Source of the DNA: Iphione sp. A-MEVVRFRX5
Taxonomy: Eukaryota
Assembly (NCBI GenBank): GCA_976226885.1
Contig: OZ320319.1
Coordinates: forward strand, 27,094,001-27,158,000
Reading direction: 5' to 3'
DNA length: 64,000 bases
Below are positions 1 to 8,967 of the stretch, piece by piece (within the stretch, counting starts at the first letter, position 1; each line of letters starts with the position of its first letter). A program made the translations under genes and the position numbers. The notes beneath the pieces were generated by a model. That model saw only the letters and a list, made by a program, of their open reading frames with translations. It was not told where the DNA came from and ran no database searches.

Positions 1-2196
1 TGTAGCCCCAACCCAGAGTGGAGCAGAACTTGTATTCTGCTCAAATTACATGTATTCAGATATGAATATTGTATTACTTTCAGCTAGGACAGTGTTTATG
101 ATGTGCAGCACAAAAACAGGTCTACATTTGTCTTAGACCTCAAATTGGTATTCAAGGTGTTCTTAAAATGGTGTATGTGGGGAGGTGGGGCGGCTGGGTG
201 GAAGAACCCCCTGTGAACCTCCTAAAGACCCTCTACATTTCCAAACTGTAAACAATGGTCTTCCTAGATCCGGATTTCTATTGTCTGCTAGAAATCTGTG
301 CAATGGTAAGCGTCCGGTACGGATGAGTGTCCGGATTGGCCAGAGGATAGTAAAATGTGGAACAGAGGTCTGGTATGGCCGGTTGCTTGCAATGAAGGCT
401 TCACTTATAGTGACAAAATTTAGTTCCCATCAACACTGAAGCATCCAGTATGGCCCAAAAGACTACGAAATCGGTATTATGAGTGGCCATTGTTTGCTTT
501 TGTCATGTATGAGATGTCTTTATTATAAGACTATGAATTGAGAGATGAGAGAACAAAGAGGGAAGAAACCACCATATGATACTCATGATTCCACTGTGTC
601 CAACAAAACTCGTGGATAGTGGGCTGAGATGGATGGGTTAACAGAGTCCGGTTAAATGAAGGGTGTGTGGTGCGCTGAGATATGTTAGGATGTCTTGTCA
701 GCAGTTGCCTTCTGCTCATCGCTCGGTTCCTCGTTTGTGCATTGAGATAAAGAATGTTTATATAGATTTAGTTACATAATACATGCATACAAATGTATGA
801 AGACAAGTATACATACAAAGGCAAACTAAGCATTATTCATCATGCCAGGTCCAGGGTTCCCTCTCTCTCACATGGTGTCCTGATATAAATCTTTGGCGGC
901 ACTAAATGATTAGCCATTACACAAAGCCGATAAACATGGACTTGTCGCCAGGGAGGCGCTGTCACCGGCGTCCGTATTTCATCCACTAGAGGATAGCACC
1001 GGACGGGGACACACATGCGTCATTGCCACTGGCAGATCGTTCGTTCTGTGACGTCGCTGTCTCCATCATGACAAACAAACGTCAGCCCGGAATGCCAAAC
1101 AAGAACACCACACCAAGCAAGCCTGGATCACAGTCACCGGACGCGAAGTAAGCAGGGAAAGAGCAGAAAAAAACACAAAAACTAAAAAATCCCAAGAACA
1201 GAATTAAAAAGGTCTGAAAGGTCAAGTGTACGCGTGCTTAGAAAACCTTCAGATTTCAACCCTCGATCTTTCCCCTCGCATTTCTTTTCCATTTTTGTGG
1301 TTTTGTGCAGTTTAAGACGGCTATGTTTATAAAAGCTGAGCTATCATTTCATGCAACCTTATTTTTCTTATATATACAAATCCATTCTCAGTTAGCAATG
1401 CCATTCCAAGAGATATTTTTCGTCGTTTGTGCAGCCCCGGGAATGTAGCACGTCACAACGTAGCCATCATGTCCATGCAATGTCAATACCTATATCCACT
1501 GACATGAAATATAGCTGATCCATTTTCAACTTAATCTGGATCAGATTATGAAGCCTTACCCTCATATCGTGTATGAAATTTGTATAGTGTACTTTTAGCC
1601 AAATAGTCGTCTGACTCGTTTTGATAGTTAAGAATAGAAAATACTGCCGTGGTCCGTGCGGAAAATGTATACATTACAGTAGACTCCGAATTCAGACACT
1701 CTTACTTCTTGTCAAACTTGTCCACATTAAAGGCATAATCATAGGTTATCCTTTTGGCGTTTAACATTATGGTGATAGCTTACAGAGATGCGAAAGGTGA
1801 GGTCAGTGGGAGTTATAATAAATTCATCATCACTATTGTTGATTTCCCTTGAAAGTAGCAGACGACATTGTCTTTCGGTAGGACTACGTGTTCTCTTTGG
1901 ATTATTGCTACTTGGGCCTATTTGAAAAATATGTCTGTTCCGATAACCTGACTGACCATCTTTTCGTACCAGTGACACTTCTTATTCATTACTGTTTTGT
2001 TAATTTCTTGATTCTAAAGCAATACACCATTATATTCCTAAACTACAAACTTTTACATGATGATAGTTTCATTAAAATCAAAGCAGGAGGAGCGATATTG
2101 TCATATACATTTGATGCTTTCAGTACCAATAAACATTGAAAAAAGGAAAAAGTCACACCCATCTACCAACCCTACTTTTGCTACTGGAAACACAGC

Positions 2197-2200
2197 ATAT
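2197..2200. repeat. 4-bp target-site duplication ATAT (partner at 9843-9846)
   Basis: cagcATAT|TGTAGG at the left junction and AATTACA|ATATtg at the right junction. Confidence 0.9.
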
Positions 2201-2250
2201 TGTAGGGTATGGGAGGCGGTGCTGCTAAGCCTCCCATACAGGGTTGAGAT

Positions 2251-2878
2251 CGTTGGCAGTGCCACCAACCTTTTAGTATGGGAGTGTGCCTCCTGGGCCA
2301 CAGGATTGGTGGTGCCGCCAAGGTTTATGCACTGTGCTGTACTTGATGAACTCTGGGTGTGCTATTTATAGCCTGTAAGTAGGGCATGAGTGCTATTTAT
2401 AGCTGGTAGGCAGGGATCGCTGGCGGTGACGCCAACCTTTTAGTATAGGAGTGTGCCTCCTGGGCCACAGGGTTGGCGGTGTCGCCAAGGTTTATGCACT
2501 GTGCTGTACTTGATGAACTCTGGGTGTGCTATTTATAGCCTGTAAGTAGGGCATGAGTGCTATTTATAGCTGGTAGGCAGGGATCGCTGGCGGTGACGCC
2601 AACCTTTTAGTATAGGAGTGTGCCTCCTGGGCCACAGGGTTGGCGGTGTCGCCAAGGTTTATGCACTGTGCTGTACTTGATGAACTCTGGGTGTGCTATT
2701 TATAGCCTGTAAGTAGGGCATGAGTGCTATTTATAGCTGGTAGGCAGGGATCGCTGGCGGTGACGCCAACCTTTTAGTATAGGAGTGCGCCTCCTGGGCC
2801 ACAGGGTTGGCGGTGTCGCCAAGGTTTATGCACTGTGCTGTACTTGATGAACTCTGGGTGTGCTATTTATAGCCTGTA
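2251..2878 (+). repeat. 167-bp tandem array in U3 of the 5' LTR (about 3.8 units)
   Basis: CCAACCTTTTAGTAT recurs at 2265, 2432, 2599 and 2766 (period 167). Confidence 0.95.
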
Positions 2879-2959
2879 TGTAGGTCACATGTAGCAAAGG
2901 GGTTCCAAAAAAAATTACTGTGTTGCATGTTGGAGATGATCATGTGACTGACTGCTGCC

Positions 2960-2990
2960 TATATATAAGGGGCCCTGTGTGGCCAATAAA
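2960..2990 (+). promoter_or_regulatory. LTR TATA box (TATATATAA 2960-2968) and poly(A) signal (AATAAA 2985-2990); copies in the 3' LTR at +6600
   Basis: Canonical motifs directly downstream of the U3 tandem array in both LTRs. Confidence 0.7.
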
Positions 2991-3243
2991 CCAGTCTGCA
3001 CTTGGATTACGTTGTGGCTGTTGTCTCTTCAGGGAATGCTAGGAACACATACCCACTTGGATTTACCTTAGGGTTAGCCTATTGGAGTAGCGTATTGGAT
3101 TAACACATGAGGATTACTCAGCCAGGGAATTAACTACCATAGGAGGATTTACCAAGTGGAAATAACAACACACATACGACACTTGGGGATATTACTTTAT
3201 TCCAAGGAGTAACTCAAAGGAGATATAAATACGCAAATTACAC

Positions 3244-3261
3244 TGGTGTCAGAAGTGGGAT
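3244..3261 (+). promoter_or_regulatory. Primer-binding site complementary to tRNA-Leu 3' end
   Basis: TGGTGTCAGAAGTGGGAT begins 1 nt after the LTR. It is the reverse complement of ...ATCCCACTTCTGACACCA, the 3' end of metazoan tRNA-Leu(CAA) as I recall it. Confidence 0.9.
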
Positions 3262-3273
3262 TCCCCAGACAAG

Positions 3274-4125
3274 ATGGCTACAGCTTATGTCTCTGTGGAC
3301 GATGAAGTGCAGATTCGTGTCACCAGCCCGGCACCTGACACAGAAGAGGAGGAGCACTTTGAGATTGCTCCAGAAGAGCCGCTCAAGATCAACACTTTGA
3401 AGCCAGAGCGGTTTGACGGTAAGACTGTTGATTGGGACAGCTGGATCAGTCAGTTTGCGGAGTGGGCAACCGCTTGCAAGTGGGGGGAGGACACAAAATG
3501 CTCTGCATTGACCTTGTCCCTGACAGGGACAGCCCGCATGTATTATGGGGATCTCCCTGCCGAGGAAAAGAGGGATTATGCTAGCAGGGTGGCTGCCCTT
3601 GAGCGAAGATTTGGCAGAAGGAGGGATCGAGTTGTGGCAATGCAGAAACTATCAGGCATGAGACGTCAGAAAGACGAGGATGTGAGGGACTTGGCCGATC
3701 GGGTTAGGAGGCTGGTACGCACAGCATACCCCGACGTGACGGGGGAAACTAGGGAATTGGCAGCTGTTGCGGCATTCCAGAGGGCCCTAGCAGACTCCCT
3801 CCACTTGAAGTGCCTTGAAGCCAAGTGTACAACATTGGATAACGCTGTCCAGGTAGTGGAGACCCAGGAACGTTTTCGGGCAAAGGCAATTAACACCGTA
3901 CAGCAGGCTCCTATCCAGACCCCTATCGCCTCAACCCCAGCTGGGTGGAAAAAGGAGATGGAGGAACTCATAGCTCAGGAATTGCGCAACCTGAGAGAGG
4001 AAGCTAAGACACAAGAAGAAGGAAAGCCTCAGAGGCCCCGGTTCACTGGATGCTACCAGTGTGGACAACATGGCCACTTTAAGCGGGATTGTCCCCAACT
4101 ACCTACATCAGGAAACGCCAACTAG
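3274..4125 (+). CDS. gag: Retrotransposon Gag (283 aa), capsid-like region plus CCHC zinc knuckle
   Basis: ATG 12 nt after the PBS. Gypsy-type motif PERFDGKTVDWDSWISQF...W...K...L...LTGTA. CYQCGQHGHFKRDC at 4051-4092. Confidence 0.93.
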   Translation: MATAYVSVDDEVQIRVTSPAPDTEEEEHFEIAPEEPLKINTLKPERFDGKTVDWDSWISQFAEWATACKWGEDTKCSALTLSLTGTARMYYGDLPAEEKRDYASRVAALERRFGRRRDRVVAMQKLSGMRRQKDEDVRDLADRVRRLVRTAYPDVTGETRELAAVAAFQRALADSLHLKCLEAKCTTLDNAVQVVETQERFRAKAINTVQQAPIQTPIASTPAGWKKEMEELIAQELRNLREEAKTQEEGKPQRPRFTGCYQCGQHGHFKRDCPQLPTSGNAN

Positions 4126-4212
4126 CTGGCCCAGTAGGCCCGGGGGAGCATGGCTGATCCAGTCCCCCCGGGGTGCATAAGGGAGCAAGGCTGGGGGCCA
4201 TGCTTAGGTAAG

Positions 4213-5069
4213 CATAAGGGGTGGCAACTATATACTTCTGGTGGATACGGGGGTAGGAGTTTCCATTGTTTACCCTGGGGTAGTTCTTGGCCTTGAAGGT
4301 AAAAGGGGACAGACCTGGATTAATGGGGCGGGTGGACAGGTAATCCCCATGCTAGAAACAGAGGTCCTAGGGATAGAAAGTAGTAGAGAGACAGTTTTTC
4401 TCACCCTTTCCTGATAGCTCAGACTGGAGAAGAGGGTATCTTGGGGAATGATTTCTTAAATCATCATCAGGCAGTCATAGACCTGGCACAAGGGAGGGTT
4501 CGCTTTGATGGTGAGTCAGGGGCGCAGCAGCGTCCTGGGAAAGTAACCGCTCTACGTGGAGCCCATGACGTGTCCCTTTCCATGGGAGTGGGGCGGGGGC
4601 CACTGTCTTACTGACCAATCCTGAGGGTGCCTTGCCTCTAATAGAGGGGTTGGATGAGAAGTGGATGAAACAAGGGATCTTTGGGCTGTTAGCTCAGACA
4701 GTGGGGCAGCCTGACGTGGTACAATCCGAGATTTATTTGCTGGGCCCCCATCCCATTAAGCAGCCCCCATAGAGGGCCCTAACCGCCCCTGGGGTGGGAG
4801 TAACAGGGGCTAGTGGGGGAAATAAGGGTCTTGGGGGTGACCCAGGAGAGTGGGAGGTAGTCAGGCGGCTCGATGATGAGCGTTTGATGATACAGCGGAC
4901 GCAAAAGGCGAAGCTGAAGGTGGTTCATAGGAACCGGCTACGACGTTGCCAGGGAGACGATCTTCCTCGGTGGATTTTGACACTAAGGAAGAAGATGGTG
5001 GCGTCGCGGGAGAACGGAGAGGTCAAAACGAAGACTTCGGGCGTGGGGGGAACGGATCCCCCGGAGTAG
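4213..5069 (+). pseudogene. pol: Decayed, internally deleted pol: aspartic protease relic, first residues of RT, integrase C-terminal tail
   Basis: LLVDTGVGVSIV (DTG at 4244-4252), with stops at 4412-4417. GILGNDFL (4435-4458) lies in another frame. HPIKQPP*RAL (4749-4781) resembles the start of RT. KGL...WEVVRRLDD..MIQ....K.KVVHRNRLRRCQG...P.W resembles the GPY/F tail of Gypsy integrases. No YxDD, RNase H or DDE core is visible. Confidence 0.85.
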
Positions 5070-6094
5070 CCGGAGTCAGGAAGAATTGGGGGTATAAGCA
5101 CCCAGGTGGCACTCAAAAAGTTCATGGAAGGTGGTGGAACACCTGGAGCGTGTAGCGTTCAAAAGTTCCAGTAGGACATGACGGACGTCCTGAGGATCAT
5201 CAGTATCCAAAACGAGTCCGTGTTGGGGTAGACTCCCTGTAAGCATCCAAAAAGTTCTGGGAGGCAAAAACGAGGAGAGCCTGGAGCTGCCAGAAGCTTA
5301 GAATGCTCCTCGGAAGGAGAGAGTAGACATCCTGGGGGCCATGTGGGCCCTGAAAAGGTCTAGGAGGAGGGCGGACATCCTGGGACGCTTAAAAAGGTCT
5401 GGAGTGGGAGGATGAACATCCCAGAGTGCACAAAAGAGCTTATGGAATGCACAGGGCTATTGGAGAGGGCCCGGAGTTAGACGCGGAAAGCTCAAAACGA
5501 TCTCCAGAGGGGTCGATAGGTAGGCCCCTGAGAGGAGCAACCGAGAGGGCGACTAGGACGCGAACAGGCTGTTCCATGAAAAGTTTGATCCCCCCTTACC
5601 ACCAAGGGGTGGGAGAGAAACAAGACTTCACACCGTCGCCGCACGGAACGCTATTCAAACTGCTGGTCATCCCCGCTGGGGGAACACTTGGGCCAGGATG
5701 TAACCCATGGCTTCTGAAAGACAAGAGGCCCATCGGGGGCGTGGTGAGGAAGAGTAGCACTACACATGGATGACAACCCCAGGAGGGGGAGGGGTAGCTA
5801 TTGGCTGGCTGAATGACTGACTGAACCAAGCTGCCGTCCATTTCCTCTAGGAGAAGGCGAAGACCAAGATGCTGTCCATTTCCTCTGGGGGACGCCAGCT
5901 GCTCGGCTGCCAGAACAAGGTAGACAACAGTGAGATCCTCAGGGAGGAAGAGGCCATGCTGGGTTAGTGAGGTGAGGTAGGGAGGAAGAGCCATGATGGG
6001 TTCGACCTGTCTTCACCAACGGCGAGTCAACGACTGACGGCGGGCCACGCCCCCCCACTGACTTATATAGCATCACGACTGGGGAGGAAATGCG

Positions 6095-6935
6095 TGGCGG
6101 ACCCGCCGACGAACAAAAATTAAAGCGCAATGCCTGTCCCGACCCAGGAGAATGTTGGCGACCCCGCCACCGAAGAAATTCTACGACGCAATAAAAAGAA
6201 GGGGTGGCGACCCCGCCATCGAGGTAATTACGTCAGGAGTGGCGGCTCCGCCACTGACATTGAAGGGGAACGACACGTCGTGGGGATCGTCCACGACAGA
6301 GGTGTGGCGGCCCCGCCAACGATCCTTGCCAAAGAAACTAAGACGAACTGAGTGGCGACCCCGCCACTAAGAGAGGTTGCAAGGCAACTACGTCGCAAAA
6401 ATAACATTCAATTACCAGAGCGTTCATCGTGTTGAGCTTGGCGGAACCGCCAACAACAATGGTCAGACTGGTGGCGCCGCCACCGTTGGATACCGGAAGC
6501 GGGCAACCAAACCATCCGGTTTGCCTCGTTTTCAGATAGCGTGAATTGTGAACATGTGTAAGACCCGGAATGTCGGCCCCAAAGTGAGAGAAAATATAGT
6601 TTTTGGAACGAAATAACCAGGAAACACTAGGAGAGGGAGACAAGGAGGAACCAGGGATTCGCAGAGTGACGGTTGAGCCCGGGAATAGCGAAAACACTTC
6701 GCCAGCGCACGCCAAGACCCGATCGATAGCGGCACCGCCAGCATTGTACACTCTCTGGTAAGAAACCGATTTTGATAAGGGTAGTCGATCTTCCCCTAAA
6801 CTGGTAGCGGAACCACTAGCACCCCTAACACAGCAAGTATTACCCCTTGGGATTGGCGGCACCGCCGGCATCAGTCAAGAGGGGGCCCGCTACGTAGTAC
6901 GCATACCCGGGGAGGCATTGTTGGTGGTACCGCCG
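6095..6935. repeat. Cluster of about 12 spaced palindromes T(G/A)G(C/T)G-N4-C(G/A)C(C/T)(A/G) with unique spacers
   Basis: Copies start at 6095, 6156, 6205, 6240, 6305, 6353, 6439, 6469, 6727, 6805, 6854 and 6922. Confidence 0.85.
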
Positions 6936-6964
6936 ACATAGTGGATAGCAGCCCTGCCACAGAA

Positions 6965-8389
6965 ATGCCGAGGGAGCCGGTCGACCAACCAGAACGCCTG
7001 CCCCGAGTGGCAAAGGAAGGAAGGCCAGCTGGTACTGAACTCTGTGAACTGTGTACTGTGCCCCGCCCTTTCTTTCCGGGCGCGTCTATGAAGCGCCACA
7101 TAGATGACTACCACAAGGGCAAGAGGAGGAGGCATATGAGGTGTCTCTTCTGCCCCAGCATCCTGTCCCATGAGCAATCATGGATCGGACACATCAGGAA
7201 ATATCACGCATGGGTGGTGGAGATGGGGCTCACCGACAAGCCTTACCGTCGGCTCTTTGATGCTACGCCGACGGGGGAGGTGGTGGCCCCTGATGACGAG
7301 CTTACGGAAATAGTTATGGCGGCCCGGAAGAAGCGCCAAGCTGGGTGGGCATTGAGCAGGGAGGAAGCAGAGCACATGCTTGCCAACAGTACTCACCGTA
7401 CACCCCCACCTGTACCGATGCGGCGATGTGTGGAGGCACTGGCCCCGGTGGCTGCCGCCCTCCCGGGTGGGGGCCAACTGGACCGCCCCCAACTACCTGT
7501 CGTGGACCCAGCTGTTCTTCACGACATGCAGCACCAATGTGAGCCCCAACCTGGTCCATCTGGAGTGGGAGGGGACCCCCTCCTCAGCCAAGCAGCTGCA
7601 ACGCCAGGGGGTGGCCGGTCCCCAGGCGCATTGGTGCCAGTGACAGGGGCCCTCTCACCCGCCCGGAACCTTTTGTCTCCTTGGAGATCAGAAGATGACT
7701 TAGCCACAGGCGCCATGGAGGTGGGGCCACCAGAGAAGAGTACGGGACTGACTTGGTTGCCTGACGGACATCTGGCCCGTCTGGCCTGCCACCTCCTGAC
7801 TTCTGCCCAGGTTGAGCCTGCCCTGGGCCACCTACGGAACATTTTGGATGGGGTTGTTCACCCACATGTTCCAGTGATGCGGGAGGTTCCCCAACCGATG
7901 AAGATACGGCTTCCGCCTTGTCTCACATGGCCACCACAGTCCTGGAGGAAGATGTCCCCTTCCCAGCGTCTCATGGCTTGTACCGCCCTTGCCTGGGTGG
8001 TGCAGATGGCCGAAGGAGGAGAAAATGACAAGGCACTCCTGGGCCCCCTGCTCACACCTCTGCGTCGCCGTCCGGTTTTGCTGCTTCCGGGACTGGACAT
8101 CCCCAGCGAGAAGGAGTGGGGAAACCCAGACAACCTCCTCCGGTCCAATAATAAGGTGCTGGAAATGGCAGAGGGGTTCCTTAAGGAGCAACGAGGGCGT
8201 TCGCCCCCATTAAACTCCCGGTGGGCGGAGGAGACTCAGGCTATTCGGGATGAGTACCAGGCTCAACATCTGACCTTGGCAGACCTGTGCAACAACGCTG
8301 CACCCTCACAGTACCTCTTCCATCTAGACGACATATGGGGGGATGAGCTGGAGGAAGAGGGGCCAGATGAACAGGAGGCCGCGGAGTAA
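6965..8389 (+). CDS. Accessory ORF of the LTR element (474 aa from first ATG): two N-terminal C2H2 zinc fingers and an unknown C-terminal domain
   Basis: Long uninterrupted ORF; the track starts it at GTG 6941, the first ATG is 6965. Motifs CELC-x14-HIDDYH and CLFC-x12-HIRKYH, a Pro/Gly-rich linker and an acidic tail. No signal peptide or TM segment visible. Confidence 0.85.
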   Translation: MPREPVDQPERLPRVAKEGRPAGTELCELCTVPRPFFPGASMKRHIDDYHKGKRRRHMRCLFCPSILSHEQSWIGHIRKYHAWVVEMGLTDKPYRRLFDATPTGEVVAPDDELTEIVMAARKKRQAGWALSREEAEHMLANSTHRTPPPVPMRRCVEALAPVAAALPGGGQLDRPQLPVVDPAVLHDMQHQCEPQPGPSGVGGDPLLSQAAATPGGGRSPGALVPVTGALSPARNLLSPWRSEDDLATGAMEVGPPEKSTGLTWLPDGHLARLACHLLTSAQVEPALGHLRNILDGVVHPHVPVMREVPQPMKIRLPPCLTWPPQSWRKMSPSQRLMACTALAWVVQMAEGGENDKALLGPLLTPLRRRPVLLLPGLDIPSEKEWGNPDNLLRSNNKVLEMAEGFLKEQRGRSPPLNSRWAEETQAIRDEYQAQHLTLADLCNNAAPSQYLFHLDDIWGDELEEEGPDEQEAAE

Positions 8390-8954
8390 AGTCATTGAAC
8401 TACACTGTTGCTGAGGACAGTTGCAATATTAGGAACATTATACTGCTGAAGATGTTATGCGAGATTCTAGACCAAGGGACCAATTACATGTGTGAGGTAA
8501 GGAAGGCTCCTGATGTTGGAGCAGAGCCGGAAAGCACAAGCGTGTAGATTCAGGAAATTGCATTCACTGCTATTCGTTGTAATTAAAGAAAACACAAAGG
8601 GGGCCATACCCCACAAAAAGAGTTACTTAAGATTGTGCATGGATGTTCCAGGAAGAAGAGATAAGTAAGGGGGATCCTACCCCCACAAAAAGAAAAAGTT
8701 TTGTTTGGTGGTTGCCATATGTACCCCATATTGGGGCGAGCCGGGGACGTTACTCAAAAAAAAGGGGGAGACCCTCCCTCCAAAAAGAGAAGTAGAGGAG
8801 TGTTTTTTTTTGTTTAGGGACTGTTGTACTGTTGTTACCTGAAAGAAGATATTTACCCCAGAGAGCAAGCCTGACTGCCAGCTAGAAGTGGTAAGTAGCT
8901 ACCTTACTCAAATATTACTCGCTTCCAAAGTTCCCCCCCTGGACATGTGGATTT

Positions 8955-8967
8955 AAAGGGGGGAGAG
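8955..8967 (+). promoter_or_regulatory. Polypurine tract
   Basis: AAAGGGGGGAGAG directly abuts the TG of the 3' LTR. Confidence 0.92.

Larger units (their letters stand above)
2201..3242 (+). repeat. 5' LTR (1042 bp)
   Basis: TG...CA termini. Matches 8968-9842 except for one extra 167-bp unit and two substitutions I could see (A2258 vs G9025; T vs C at 9136). Confidence 0.96.

Noticed and set aside
2251-2878. CRISPR or satellite interpretation of the 167-bp array
   Set aside because: Units are near-identical along their whole length with no variable spacers, and the array is part of both LTRs.
4530-6900. Intact reverse transcriptase, RNase H or integrase core
   Set aside because: No long ORF and no YxDD or DDE motifs on either strand.
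6095-6935. CRISPR-like array (palindromic repeats with unique spacers)
   Set aside because: Repeats are only 14 bp and degenerate, spacing is irregular (30-258 bp), there are no cas genes, and the context is a eukaryotic retroelement.
7178-8213. Several antisense or overlapping ORFs within the zinc-finger ORF
   Set aside because: Shadows of a GC-rich coding frame.
6965-8389. env gene
   Set aside because: No signal peptide, furin site or transmembrane anchor visible; it has C2H2 motifs instead.
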